From Lama glama (Eukaryota), in assembly GCA_028534125.1 (NCBI GenBank), contig CM052818.1, positions 40,736,001 through 40,800,000 of the forward strand: a DNA stretch of 64,000 nucleotides. Direction: 5' to 3'. Below, piece by piece: positions 1 through 14,036 of the stretch (positions are counted from its first letter, which is position 1; every line of letters starts with the position of its first letter). The position numbers and the translations under genes are program-made. Below the pieces are notes generated by a model. It ran no database searches, was not told where the DNA came from, and was given only the letters and a program-made list of their open reading frames with translations.

Positions 1-759
1 CAGCTATCTCCTCTGCTGTGCACCTTGACCGCAACCCACACATAACTAGGGGCTCAGCTCAGCTCTTACAAAAGATGTAGGTTTCCCCTTATGCACCAGT
101 GTTTCACTCCTTTTAGAGAAAGCCCTGTTTCCTACTTTCAGATGTGGATAATCAAGAGGATATAATTATCTCCCTGTCCTTAAGTACCCTATATCTTGAA
201 GATATAGTTACACTCCATGGATGGGGTTTCAGGTACATCCACAAGGGAAGAAACTGACTTAGGGAAACCTCTTTAAGTTAATTGCACTATCAGTTTCCTG
301 ACACAACCACGCTCCTCTGCCACCTCCTCCCTCCCTTCACAGTCTCCCACATACTCCCAATCTATGATACCCAAGACATAGTGGTCCAGCACATATAGGC
401 CGTTTTAGTCCTAATGCTAACTGAGATGTACCCGAACCATTTCTCAGAGAGAAGATAATAGATTTTTGACCATCACCAATACAATGATGCTTCCTCAGGG
501 CCAATGATGCAGGTAAAAGAAAGGTGAGACTGTCACATACAGAGTTCCAACTGAGACCTACCAGATGCTTTGTACATATTATGTCATTGAATCCTTCCAA
601 CACTGTAAGGTAAGTGTATAGGAAAATGGATACTCAGAGCAGTTGAGTACAAGGTCAAGAGAGAAGTAAATGGTAGAGCCACAATTTAAACCCAAGTTGG
701 AGTAATCCCAAAGCCCATGCTATTTCCACTACACACATTCCACCTTCTCCCAATCCCTT

Positions 760-1400
760 CCTACTCTTTTCCTTATTATAATCCAATAACCCAATGTGGC
801 AACTGCTATAATAGAAGTTGAGTCACGCGTCTTTGGGATTGTTGAGAAAAGAGCAGTGATCTCTGTCTGGAGAAGCTTCATAGACGAGGTTGCATTCAGG
901 TCAAATGTTACAGGTTTAAGCAGAGCTGACCAAAGAGGGAAAAGGACGTCCCAACAGAGGGCATCAAAAGGTAGGCAGAAGTCAGGCTGTAAAGAGACCT
1001 GAGCATCAGTCTAAAGAGTCTGGACTTTATCCTGGAGGTAAGACCACTAAATCATCTCAATCAAAAAGTGAATGTGGATGTATTTGGGACTGTAACTTAG
1101 AAAGACCCCACTGACAACAGGAAGGAAGACTGATGGGGGGAATGGCTGGGCCAAGGAGGGAGGGCTTCAATAGAGCAGGTGAGATGGCCCAAACTCATAC
1201 AGCGGTGGTGTGTATAAAGAGGAAGCGACAAACTCAGGAAGTTTATAAAGTAGAATTGACAGTACTTGGTGACTGATTGGAAAGAAAAGATTTAAAAAAG
1301 GGGAAAGTCAAAGCAAGGATATGTTTTCTACTCTGCCTAAGTGGGTGACATCATTAGAGGAAGCAAATTGTTCATGTGGGCACTTCTTGCCTTTATGTTT
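760..1400 (-). mobile_element. L2 LINE fragments
   Basis: Purine-rich L2 signature: GGACTTTATCCTGGAGG, AGAAAGACCCCACTGAC, GTAGAATTGACAGTACTTGGTGACTGATTGG. Confidence 0.65.
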
Positions 1401-2829
1401 ATGGAAAGTCAAGGCTATCGGCGACACAAGAGATTCTGCCTCTGAAAAGGGCACGTCAGAGGAAGCAGCCTTAAAATACAGTCCTGTGCCACCCACCTTA
1501 CGAGGACACCCACAGTCATAAGGAATGCACGGCCATTTGCTCTGGACACAGCAGCACTGACTATGTTCCCGTGAAACCAGAGACCATGGCCTGGCACGGC
1601 AAAACACTTAATAGATTTGCTGACCTCTTTAAAAGAAGTGATTTTTTTTTTCTGCCTCTGCTTTCTATTTTTAGTTAAATATCTTCTCTGAAGGGCCTAA
1701 ATCAGAACTCATGGCATCATCCAAATATTTATGGAACATCAGATCTATGAAAGCAGGCTTATGCTCATGGCAAACAGAGTAGTAAAATGCTCCAAGGAAC
1801 TAGTTTTAGCTAAGCTAGCATTAAGACTTTAATGGACATTATCTTCTGGCGGATTAGGTTTGCTCTCCTTGGCCATCCTGGAAACCCACAGTGCGAGAAA
1901 GCCACTGTCTGCCTTTGTGATCCTGTCTGCCTAGGTCAGTCTCGTAATCAGAGAGTATGCCATCCAGTTCTCAACTGTTCCACAGTCACTTCTCCAAAGG
2001 ACACTGTTATCAGCTGTAATATCAGTCTTCTTGCTCTGCCCTCCTTGCTTTTTAGTCACTCCATGCCAGTGAAAGAGAGCCCATTCTGAGATCCATCCGT
2101 TCCACAAAGTCTAATCATAAAAGCAACACACATCATTAAACCAGGGGTCTCTTGTTGAGGGACTTTCAGAAGAGAGAAAAAGGAAAGAATTTCTGGATCA
2201 GATCAAATGCTTCAGCTCAGGGGATGAGACGGGGCTCTGTGTCAGGGCGGCCAGGGTGCAGTGTGGATTTCTTTGGCTGGGTCCAGCCTGTCACAGCCTA
2301 CGGAGGTCAGGGAAGAAGGAGATCCCACCTTGACAAACTGCAGTAAAGTCCCCTCACATGCAGATAGTCCCCGGCCAACTGCAAACAGTCCTTCTACCAT
2401 TTGTTCCTCACCACTACCTTGGGATTTTGCAGAGGAAGCAGGATCAGAGGAGATGAGTGGGCATCACCCAGCTGTTAAGGGTCAGAGCAGAAGCCCAAGC
2501 CAGGGCTCCTTATGGCAACCCCTCTGCTCTACAGCGTGCTGGTTCGCACGCTCACAGTGGTGTAAGACAAGCAGATACTGAGCACCATTGTTTTTACGAG
2601 ATTCCTATATTCAAACTAGTATTTACTTAACAACCATCATTAACTCCTATTCAGAAAATACTTAATTGGATCAAAGGTATATCTGTCTATATATTTAATA
2701 TATATTATATATAATATATATTATATGTGAAGTTACATATAAATGTACATATAAAGGGACATATATACATACACACCCACACATAGTGTGAACCATATAT
2801 ATAGAACTATACACACACTAAATAAAAAT

Positions 2830-5260
2830 ATGGGTCAATTTCTCCTTTAAATGAGAAAAACCTCTCTATTATGCCTAAAATATAACCAAAAATGTTATTA
2901 TATAGAAGCAAAAATTCTGATATGGAAAAACATGCCATAAGCAACATTAAAAAGAGAATGCAGGAAAAAAATACTTGCCACTTACATCACAGACAGATGG
3001 TTAATATACCTAACATATAAAGAGTTTAAGCTAGAAAAGAAAAACAATGTAGAAAAATGGACCAGATACAAAGAGACAGTTCACAGAACAAAATGCAAAT
3101 GGGTCTTAAAACAAGAAAAAAATGCTCTATCTTTTTCAGAATAAGATAAATGCACATTAAACCTATTGTGCAGTATCATATCTAATAATAAAATGAAAAA
3201 AAATCCAAAAATTGGACCACATACTCTATTACCGAGTATGTGGGCAAGTAGGCACTTTTGTAAACTGTGGGTGGGAATGCAAAATGAAGGGATGTTGTGA
3301 GGAGGAACTTGGAAAAGTCTAACAAAGCCGCCCACAAAATAGGAGAATATATTTGCAAATCATATAACTGATAGAGGTCTAGTATCCAGAAGAGATTAAA
3401 ACACACTTAACCACTGAGCAATAAAAAGACAAATGGGCAAAGGATTTTTATGGACGTTTCTCCAAAGATATACAAATGGCAAAAAGTACATGAAAACATG
3501 CTTAACATCATTAGTCATTAGGAAAATGCAATTCAAAATCACGATGAGATACCACTTCACACCACTAGAATGGTTATAATCAAAAAGCAATAATAAGTTG
3601 AGGAGGGTATACCTTAGTGGTAGTTTGTGGTCCTGGGCTTAATCCCCAGTACCTCCAGTAAATTAATAAATACATAAACAAACAAACAAACCTAATTACT
3701 TCCCCCAAAAATATATTTTTGAAAAAGTAATAATAATAATAATAGTATTGCATTATAATACAATAAGTGGTCGTGAGGATGTGGAGAAATTGAAACCCTC
3801 AAGCGTTAGAGGTACTAATATAAAATGGTGAAGCCATTTTGGAAAACAGTGTAGGTTCATTTTGCAAAAACTTAAACATAGCATTACCATTATGATCCAG
3901 CAGTTCCACTACTAGGTATGTTCCCAAGAGAACTGAAAACATGTTCAAACAAAAACATGTACATTAATGTTCACAGCACCATTATTCATAATAGTCAAAA
4001 AGGAGGAACAACCCAAATGTCCATCAACTGATGAATTCATAAACAAAATGGTGTACCTACACAGTGGAGTATTATTTGGCTATGAAAAGGAACATAGTAC
4101 TTATCCATGCTGTAACGTGGATTAACTTCGAAAACATCAGGCTAATGAAAGAAGCTGGACCGAAAAAGGGCCACGTGTTGTACAATTCCATTTATATGAA
4201 ATGTCCAGAGTAGGCAAACCTGCAGACACAAGTGGATTGGGGGTTGTGGGGGGCTGGGAAGAGGGGAGAACGGGATATGACTGCTCATGGGAATGTGTTT
4301 CTTTGTGGGGGTGATAAAAATATTCCAGAATTACATGGCTTTACAACCTTACAAATATACTAAGGACCAGTGGGTTATACGTTTTAAAGGGTAAACTTTC
4401 AGTGAAGTATATCTCAATAAAACTGTAATTTTTAAAAGGATCCCAGCTAAGGAAGAAAACTAAAACCTTGCCATCTTGCAACGCATAATGGAGTCACGAA
4501 TCTAGGCAATGATCAGACATGGCTGGGAAAACCCAGATAAAAAGCTGATGGGGAACTTCATAACTGGTAGATCAGAGGAACAAGACCGGAACCCACTGAT
4601 CAAGCCTGGTGTAATAAACAGAGATAAGACAGAATGTGCCTCCTGATGGAAACATACACACAAGTCTGAAGTATTCCGGCCAAAAAAAGAATCAGACCTG
4701 AACTTGATCTAGCCTCCAGATCTACAAGTTGAAATCAAATAAGGATTTCAGAGGAACACGTTCAAAGACGCTGTAGGGATGTAATCAGCAAAATCAAGAC
4801 TGTCGGAAATCCTACAGGACAGACGACAGGGATCAAATAAATGACATATCACATAGATCCAGGGTGTGGCTTTGTATGGCTACCGAGTCTAGCTAGCCAA
4901 ATGCTTTTAAAAATATATGTGAAAATCAGGGACACTTGAACACTAAAATAGATACTTGATAATATAAAATAATTACCAATTTTTCAGCGTGCTAATGGTA
5001 TTGTAATTATGCTCTCAAAAAGAACCTTTCTCTTTTGGAAATCTATAGTAATATTTTATGGATAAAATTATACCACATTTAGGCTTCATTCCAAAATAAT
5101 CCATTGGTAGGGAGTGGGGGGGACGAGGAAGAGTCATACAGATGGCTATGCATTAATAATTATGACAATCGTTGCAGCTGAGTGATGGTTACAGAGGAGT
5201 TTAAAGCACTATTCTCTCTATTATCATAGATGTTAAAATTCTCCATCAAAAATGTTTTAA
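2830..5260 (+). mobile_element. Composite of old L1M (L1MB/MC/ME-type) ORF2-end and 3'UTR fragments
   Basis: Typical L1 phrases: ATATTTGCAAATCATATA, ATCATTAGTCATTAGGAAAATGCAA, CCCAAATGTCCATCAACTGATGAAT, TATCTCAATAAA. Confidence 0.85.
3600..3736 (+). mobile_element. tRNA-derived camelid SINE (Vic-1-like), internally deleted, inserted in an old L1
   Basis: Head GGGTATACCTTAGTGGTAG...GGTCCTGGGCTTAATCCCCAGTACCTCC and an A-rich tail. TSD AAAAAG(C/T)AATAATAA at 3582-3596 and 3722-3736. Confidence 0.75.
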
Positions 5261-6059
5261 GAAGGCTTTACTAAGCACCTTTTTGGGCCTTGCATGGTGG
5301 TAAATGCTTCCATATACATTATTGAGCGTCCTTTAATTCCCAGCAGTTCATGCAGTACCTGGACACTAGTCAGTCATGAGTAAGGATCACTCAATGAACA
5401 AGTCATTTCACTCAATTCTCCAGCAATGTAAGCGGTAGATCTTATACCCCATGTTGCGAACCTGAGGCTCAGGGTTTGACCAACATCAGCCAGCTTTTTT
5501 TAGGGTGGACTCTTTCCACTATGCCTCATACATGAGTACTTAATTTTTTTTTTTAAGTGGGAGGAAGGAGAGACTTCGGCTTTTAATTTTACATATTTTA
5601 TCAGTCATCTTCATTAAAGAATGCTAATGCTTTGGTAGGAGATTCAGTACTAGCAGGCCAAGGACACACATGGTCTCAAATTAGGCACATAAGTGGATAC
5701 AAAACACATCTGGCCACAAGGTAGAAAAATCAATTGCTACGTTCATTCTCTTCCTCAAGAAGAGCTTAGGTTCATCCTACCAATCCTCCTACCTTCTATC
5801 AACCACATCACCCATGGTCAGAACACCATATACTATATTTTGCCACCTTGTACCTCTTGGTGTTTGTAAGACTGAAAAGAAAGAAAAAGGTGTCAAAAAT
5901 CCATGCTATTCTTTGGGAGCTTAAGTAAAAAACCACATTGATCCACTTATATCCAAGTGGCACCCATAAAGCCTCTTCAAAACGATTAACCTCTTACCTC
6001 TCTCTGCTTCCTGCTCTCAAACTCACTTTAAAAATGCTCTCAAAACTGTGTGTTTTCAA

Positions 6060-6245
6060 TGAGAACCTACTGTATAGCCCAAGGAACTGTATTAAATTTC
6101 TTGTAATAAGCTATAAGGGAACGAATATGAAAATATATGAATACATATCTATGTATATGTATAGTTGAATCACTTTGCTATGGACCTGAAATTAACATTG
6201 TTAATCAAATACACTTCAATAAAAATAAATAAATAAATAAACAAT
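6060..6245 (+). mobile_element. Lineage-specific L1 3' end with A-rich tail
   Basis: CCTACTGTATAGCCCAAGGAACTG...ACACTTCAATAAAAATAAATAAATAAATAA. Confidence 0.75.
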
Positions 6246-9200
6246 TTAAAAAATTTTTTAAAGGATTAAATGGGTTAAGATGTGTAAAGCATTTTGTATA
6301 GGGTCTAGTAAGCCTCGATAAAATCTGAAATTAATTTAAAAATAAGTTTTTCTCAACTTGAAATGGAATTACTGTATTATATTTGCAACAGTACATAAAA
6401 TAGATACAAAATATTTTACAGTTTACGATTCTACCAGGTTTCCAACTTATAAAATACAGCAGTGGCTCCACTAGTAATTGGAAAATAAATTTCCAGTACC
6501 TTAGAAAAAGAGAAAATAAATTTCCTTCTAACCTTTTTTCTGTATTTCTCCAAAATTGTCCATAAATGCAAAGTTGAAATATAAGTAACCATTTCCAAAA
6601 AAAAAAAACCTGTGTTTTCAAGGCTGAACATATACAACCACATACATGCATGAGTGGTTTTAATAATGCATTTAGTTGCTCAGAAAAGTAACAAAAGTGT
6701 AACAAATACAAGCCACTTGTACTTGCTTTTTGGGGGCAGAACGACTTTTTAAAATCAATTCCATAAAAGTGAACAAAAACCTAGATTCCGTTTTCCTTCC
6801 CATTTGTCCAAAATCTACATTAGCTCAATCATCGAAGAAAACAAAGTGCATTCTTCTGCATTAATATTCCTATCTTTTTGGAACTTTCTTCTTAAAAAGA
6901 TGCATTTCATTCTATTAAGTTTAAAAGAAAAATCATGTATGCTTTTAAAAAGGGTTGGGGGGTGTAGGTCATGCTAAATTCTATTTCTGGCCATGCCATG
7001 TGAGAATATTCCAAATGAAACTAAACAAGTGTAAACAGAATTGAAAATTTAAATTCAGTCCACACCCAGTATCAAGCATTCTCTCATCAGGCACCTCCCC
7101 TGGTGATGATCTTCTGCTACATAAGGCAGGCTCCCCGTGCACTGGTGTGGGTAACAGATAAGGGAAAGAACATCAGAAGTCACTGACTGGCCACTGAGGA
7201 GCAGAGAGTACAATGAAATGTCAGTATCATTGCACAGTCCATCATGACTGTGGATTTAGAATGGAGATGCTGATGGTCCTTGATTCAGGCCTCCGTAAGT
7301 CAGAGTGTTTTTACCGCAGCTAAAATAGTGCAATCCTGAGAAATAGCTGTTTCTGAGACAACTAGGAGGACATGCCCAGTGCAGAACACGTGAGACTTCA
7401 CAGAGACTTCTGGAAGCAAGTCTTGGTTTCCTGGGCTCAGCATTTCCTGAGCATCCGGAGGCTCCTGCATGGAGCCATTTCTGGCAGAAGCCTTCTAAAT
7501 GGTCCAGCCCAGCCCAGGGAGGAAGCCTGGATATAATGTGAGTCCCACTGGCCAAGCAGACAGAAAGAAAACTCCCTCCTGGTCTGTTTCATGGCTGACG
7601 TGTCCCGACAGCATTAAGCACAGCTGATAACATGCCAACGGCATAGGGCCAATTACCAGGGTCTCAGGTCGCCCCATTTCAGAGCATTCCTAACCTAAAC
7701 CCAACTTTTAAAGGTTGAACTAAAAGAAACGAACTCACCAGGTCCCTAGCTATACTGAACTATCAGAAGCAACTGAAGAAAAGAGGGGAAAGTTAGGACT
7801 CTGAAAACTCGTGTTTGAGCTGCCACTTCCCAGCTATGAGACCTTGGGTGGGTAGAGTCTTGATCTATAACAGATGATACACACACCTTGATGACACGAT
7901 AGCAAATGCAAAAGTCTTTTAAAAACACAAAATGTAAAACCTTGTTCGCGAAATAAGAGATTATGATAACAGTACTTCTACCCGCTCCTTCCTACCCCTA
8001 CTTTCTCCCTTCCCTCTCTTGCCCCCTCCACTTAGGACAGTCATATCAGAGTTGTGTTCATCCCCTCTGCATCTCTACTTAGTGTGGCCACCCCCGCCTC
8101 TGGAAACTCCAGGGATCCCTGTAATTCAAGCAGCTCCTCTCCAAGCAGGAGAGATGCTCAGGCAGCTGAGTGACTTCATGAGCCACATACCCAGGAATCT
8201 GTCCTATTTGTTTAAGAAAAAAAAAAAAAGCGAAGAACCACATATGAAAGATTTTCAATCAGAAACAGGAAGAAAATGTGGGCTTTGCCACAAGAGGGGA
8301 GACTTAACCCCTCACGTCTCTGACTGAGTCATGTGACACGGAGGAACCCACATACAAACGGCTGTCACAAGGATGCTCTTGTGTTCAGAAGAGGGAGTTT
8401 TGGAGAATCTGAATGCACCTATGACAAATAGTTCACCCCCACCCCCACCCCCACTTCCCAGCCCTGCTCACCTTCTCCCACAGCCCTTCAGTTATTTGAG
8501 TCCCCCCAATATGAGATTATAGCATTTTCACAGTTCTCTTTACTCCCTACAAATCCAACCATTGCCATCACTAGACACTAAGCTCTTCCATGGAGGGGAC
8601 CATGTCCCATCATCGCCACAGCCCCCACCCCTTATGCTAATTGCCACCCACAGTCCAGTGAAATATACTCACTTTTATCTGGAAAAACTAACAAAAACTA
8701 TCATTGATTTTGTCAAAGAGCTAGCAGAAGGATCTAGCTCAGACATGGTGAAATGAAATGCCTTCCGTGGCCAAACACATTAAGTTACACAAATTAAGTG
8801 GGCTGGTTGGGGACTATGGTGAACTATCCCCGCTTGTCTCAGAGGCAGAGGCTTCTCAGAACCAGAGTCCTTTGTGGGAACAGAGGGCCAGTATAGGTGT
8901 ACCTTACCGTGTTCCAGGAAAACTCATAAATCATTGCTTTTATGTGGGATATCTCAACTTTAATTAGAACTGACCCAGAAAGTTTTCAACGCTATGTGAA
9001 AAATGTGTCTCTGGGCCAGTTAGTCCCAGTAAGTCCTCAGTCAGTCACCCAAGTGAGATTCTTACCAGTCCCAGCTCCACAGCACCCATGTTAAGCCAGA
9101 CTTACTCAGACGGGCACAAATGGCATCTTGTCGCAGTAACAGGAGTGTCCCTTCCTCAAGACTGAACTACAAACAACAAAAGGGGAGTTGGGCAATATGG

Positions 9201-9441
9201 ACCCACAGGCTCTCCCAAAGTTGACCTGCCATGTCCCCCAGTATGACTCCAACCTAACCCTTTCAGGCTGGCTCTCTCCTCTTCTCCCTAAGTCATCTGG
9301 CCCAACTGTCCAGTGGCTTTGACAATCAGAAGGTCTTCCCAAAGTCTGGGCTTTATTTCTGTCACTGCGCTGCAAGGTTCATTCTCCCCTTCCTTCGGTA
9401 AGTAATGGTGTCAGAGAAAACATCAGGGAGGCAATGCTTAC

Positions 9442-9634
9442 CCTTGTGGTGTCGACATCACACTCCCTGCCCTCATCCTGCCAAGCGGACTGTCCATCGT
9501 CATCCTAGAAGCTCCGCCCTTCTTCCCTCGCTGCAGAGTGTGGTGCAGAGAGGCATCTAGTGGTCCAAAAAGAAGAGAAGACTCCTATTCTCTGGTTGTA
9601 CCGGCCGAAGCAATCACTGGGAAATCACTCTCGC
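9442..9634 (-). other. KCNS3: KCNS3 non-coding exon 2 (5' UTR), 193 nt
   Basis: Acceptor ctccttttgcag|GCGAGAGTG and donor CAAGG|gtaagc. The exon body (CCAGTGATTGCTT..GTACAACCAGAGAA..AGAAGGGC.GAGCTTCT.GGATGA.GATGGAC) matches the recalled human KCNS3 5'UTR exon of about the same length. Confidence 0.85.
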
Positions 9635-12600
9635 CTGCAAAAGGAGTCAACAGACAAGTTGTAAGTCCAAGGAGAAAACATGTCTATGAAGTTTAGTCTG
9701 AGACCCAACGCTGGGCATTTTACTGGTTAGACACGTATCTCAGAGCATCACCTAACTCTCGGGGAAAGGGTGGGGGCGGGCCCTCCCCCCATGGAACCAT
9801 CACTCCCGCTGGACACAGTGGGTAGGGAGACATCACCAAGCCCCAGGACTTGATTCACAACCACTCTCAGATCTGGACCACAGTGGACTCTTGGGGCATC
9901 TGCCCTGACCCCAAGGCCAACAAAACATCCGAAGACAAAAGGAGGCACTAGAACTAGCATTCATCTCCCACACAGTTACTTCTAGGAGCATTATTTCCTT
10001 AGCTAATTCATCAAGGATATACTTATAAACCCTTTAATCCATTTTAGAGACGAAGTTCTGAGTGTGACTGCCCTAATGGAATTAGTACTGCCGCTCTAAC
10101 TGGAGATCAATAGGTTTCAAAGGCTGGCCAAATTCAATTTTATTTCATTTGTCCATTGTCATGTTTCACGGATGAGAAATGACTACACGTGCTAGATCAG
10201 CGTCCTTTCTCTAGTTTATGTGCATGCATGAGTGTATGGTGTTTGGGTAGGGGGAGGAGGCAGTTAAGTTTGTCCCAAGATGAATAAAAGGACAAGTTTC
10301 AATTTTTTCTCTCTGAACAAATTAAAGAAAGCAAAAGAAACTTCACTTCCCAATGAGGTAAGCCTTGCCCCATGCTGGTGCATTCCCATAGATTTATACT
10401 AACATCTAAGCAACCATCCGTCGATTGTCGTTTTCCAATCAATGCTAGGCCCAAAAGAGGGGAAGATGAAAAAGAAAAGATTGATTCTGAGCTTCAGAAA
10501 GAAGAGCCTCCAGCCATGTCAGTCATTCAGCAAGCTTTCATTATAGCGGAGGCTCTGCCTGGCATTACCCGAGGCACGGGGATTACAAACAAGATGCGGT
10601 GCCTGCCCTCTCCCCCGCCCCGGGAGCTCACAGCCCCCAAACCAAATAACAAACAGCTCAAGGTGTCTGACCAACATCAGGGGGGCAATGGAGAGGGAGC
10701 CAAGCAGGAACAGTCTCCGAGCTGGTCCCAGCAATGTCCATAGCATCCTTCAGTGAATTTCCACCTCTAATAGAGATGACAATGAAGAAGGATCCAGAAG
10801 AAATGCGAATCTACCCAAAGTGAACTTCTGAGGTGGGACTCTTGGCAGAAGAGGTAGAGAAATCTCAACAGGGATAAATAAAATCAATTCAGGAGCTAGT
10901 ATCTTCCTCCTACAGCTCCTCCTTCCTTCTCCCTCTCCTCCTCCTCCATGGCCACCCAGCAGCACCTCACTGGGTCAGCCTCTGACATCTGTGTTCTACT
11001 TGAAATGCAGAAACTTTGTTGTGCCTTTTTGAAAGGATCTAGCACACATATATAGGCTTCCATTCCCCACCAGACGCCTTTCCAAATGTAGCACATTTTA
11101 AAGAAGGTAAGATTAATCTGGCTTGGAGATAATCAATTAACTGCAAACAGCTTTGATATGACTATATTGACCACTGAAGAAAAAATTAACAAAGTTCTTG
11201 GGTTACTCAGCACTTCTAAGAAACCCCAGGCACTGCTGGGCACCAGTACATCACCCAGAAGGACAGGGCTGGCCCAGACTGTGAGGTTAGCCAAGCAGAT
11301 CTTTTTTTTATAGAAGCCAGTGCCCAGTGGGTATCAATGCCTGATGAATAAATTACATCCCAGGTTGTCCCTTTCAGAAAGAGATTTCTCCAAAACTCAG
11401 AACTCTTGTGCCTTGCCTCACTTTCCATCACCATGATTTCTGTCCAAAAAAACTGGATTTCTGGAGAATAGGTAAAGCCAGTCCACACCTCTCTATGTGA
11501 ATTTATATCAATTCACACCCTCTGCTTAGGGCATTCAAACTCGAAGTGTGACGTCTCCACGTAAAATGACAACTAGCATCTTCTGAGTCCCTGCAACATG
11601 CCTAGAACCTTCCCAAGTGTTTCACACACATCACCTCTCTCCTCAACCACCATAGGGTAAGTGCTGAAGTCCCCATTGTACAGACGGGACACTGAGGCTC
11701 AGAGGAACTGTTCACCCAAAGTCCCACGCCTAACGAGTCCCAGAGACAGGATTCACACTCAGGCAGGTCTGCCTGGTTTCAATTAGTGTAAAATATCAAG
11801 ATCCACTTTTCATTGTTGGGGAAAGTTAAGGAAGGGTGGGGAGAGGTGGCAAGACGTGGCCCAAAGCAGCAGGTTTGGGGGGAAGAAAACTGTGTACACC
11901 CAACACAGTCTCCCCCTTCCTGCTGAACAACCCCACCAAATGGCCCTCGTGTTTCTCTGTCTTCCTATCAATGTGCAACTGTTCAAAAAAAAAAAAAAGA
12001 CAGGATCACTTGTGATTTAGCACTTCGGCAGGTTTCTGACTTTGCTGAGTGATTCAGCAGGATCCTGGCAAAACACATCAAGCTCACTCAAGCACTGCCG
12101 GCCTCTGCAGAATTCTTCTCTTCACAGCACAGAGGGAGACCCTCTGCGACATCATCCTCCGATGTCCCTCCAGCCTGGCTGAATTTCCCGGCGGGCTGAC
12201 TACAGCATTCAGAAATGTACATGATGACTGTCTCCAACACTGAGAGGGGAAAGGCGAGGATTAAGTGGCAAATCAGACTCTTCTCATCATCCAGAGACCT
12301 GACATCCAAGCTTGGAACAGAACGAGGAAACCCAAATGGGCAAGCAGACAGTGCACAGGAGTGATGTCGGCCCACGTCCTTCTCCCAGGTCTCAGAATCA
12401 CAGGAATAAGGTTTGCTCTCCCAAAAGTCAAACTGTAAAATCAGTGCCTGAGCTCAAAGCAGACATAGCAAGTGAGCAGACTCTAAGTGACACGGCAGCC
12501 TAGCTCTGTGTCCTCTGTACTGGCAGAGAACGCTGAGAGGACCTGTCACCGCCCTGCTCACATTCTTCTGAAATGTTGTCACCTCAGTGCCACCCACCAG

Positions 12601-13296
12601 ACCGAGAAGCCTCCAGTTAGGGAGAGTGTCATAATATCAATCTTCAAATTAATTATCCTTGCTACACAATGATGCTCAACATGTTTTTATTGAACCAATT
12701 CCTCTTCCTCAAGCCAACAGGACTAAAGAGTAAATTAATTAAAAGAATCGTTACGGATCATGAAAGGCAGTGGGTCAGCAATGGAAGCAGAGGAGGAACG
12801 TGTAAAAGGCCAAAATTGGTTGCCAAGACCCATCCCAGCACTTTCTAAAGGAGAAGACGCAGCGTCACAACACTGATAAGATACATCTTGAGTGGAGTTC
12901 TAGGTGTCCAGACCTCAGAGTTTCAGGTATTATCATTTACCCAGAAATCTCCCCTGGTTCTGAGGCCAGGCTCCCGGAGGCATCTGCTGGTGATTTCTGT
13001 TCCCAGGCTCCTGACCAGCAGGGGAGCATACAAGCTATGTGGCCAACACAAGCGTCCACTCTGTCCAGTTCTACTTACTCGTGGAAATTAATAAGACAAA
13101 GGCAGTTTATTTACTCAGCATCTTCTGAGTTTCTCTTCCAGTCAGCCTCCCAGAGTTTGATCAGCTCTGGGACCCCGGGAAGTGAGTTTCTGAAGTGGCA
13201 AGGCTGACCCCGACCTGTGACAAGGTCATCCTGGAGCCCCCTCCTGGCAGCCGGCCAGCTTCCCTGGAGACATCCTGACCACGCACGCTCCCACAG

Positions 13297-13528
13297 CAGG
13301 GATTCTCAGCCTCAGCACTATTGACATTTCGAGGCCAGATAATTCCTTTTTGTGGGGGCTGCCCTAGGCTCTGCAGGATGCCTAGCTGCACCCCGCCGCC
13401 CGCCTCTACTCACTGGATGCCAGCAATGCACCTCCTCCAGGCCCCCAATGGTGTGACAACCAAAATGTCTCCAGAGAGTGCCAAATGTCCCCTTGAGAGC
13501 AAAGATCATCCCCAGTTGTGAACCACCG
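13297..13528 (+). mobile_element. MER20 (hAT-Charlie non-autonomous DNA transposon), near full length
   Basis: CAGGGATTCTCAGCC..GCACTATTGACATT..GATAATTC..GTGACAACCAAAATGTCTCCAGA..GCCAAATGTCCCC..GTTGTGAACCACCG. Confidence 0.9.
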
Positions 13529-13997
13529 CTCAACAAGTAGACTAGAAAAAACTTAGACACCTGCTGGGGAGCAGGAAGCTCAGGAAGCTCAGATCTAATA
13601 CTGACACTTCCTCTGCTGACAGAGGCTGGGGAGAGTCCCCCAGAGCTCTTCTTTTCGAATTCACTCTTGGCACTTCCGGTGTCAGACAAGCAAACCTTGG
13701 CAAGTGAGGAAAGATAAAAGCAAGGCTAACCTTTTGTTGAAACTCAAAGTGTGCTTCACACAACTTGAGCCTGGAGTAAAAGTCAGTGATTTTTCTCTAA
13801 GAGTCTGTCTTCTAGTTGCTACCATTTTCAGTGCCAGAATAACACACAGGGCCTGGGCACTAATACAGTTTCAAAGATGTGGCCTACTTTCCAGGGTGGG
13901 GGTGGGGGGGTGGTGCTCCTGCTGACCACACCCACTCCAGACCAAACTGCCCCATCTTATGGAAACTAATTGATGTCCCAGGAAAATGCAAATAAAT

Positions 13998-14036
13998 AGA
14001 TAGATGGATGGATAGATAGATAGATAGATATGATAG
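13998..14036. repeat. (GATA/GATG)n microsatellite
   Basis: Direct reading of the sequence. Confidence 0.9.

Noticed and set aside
1..9441. KCNS3 coding exon
   Set aside because: No Kv T1 or S1-S6 ORF is present. The single coding exon must lie beyond the left edge of the window.
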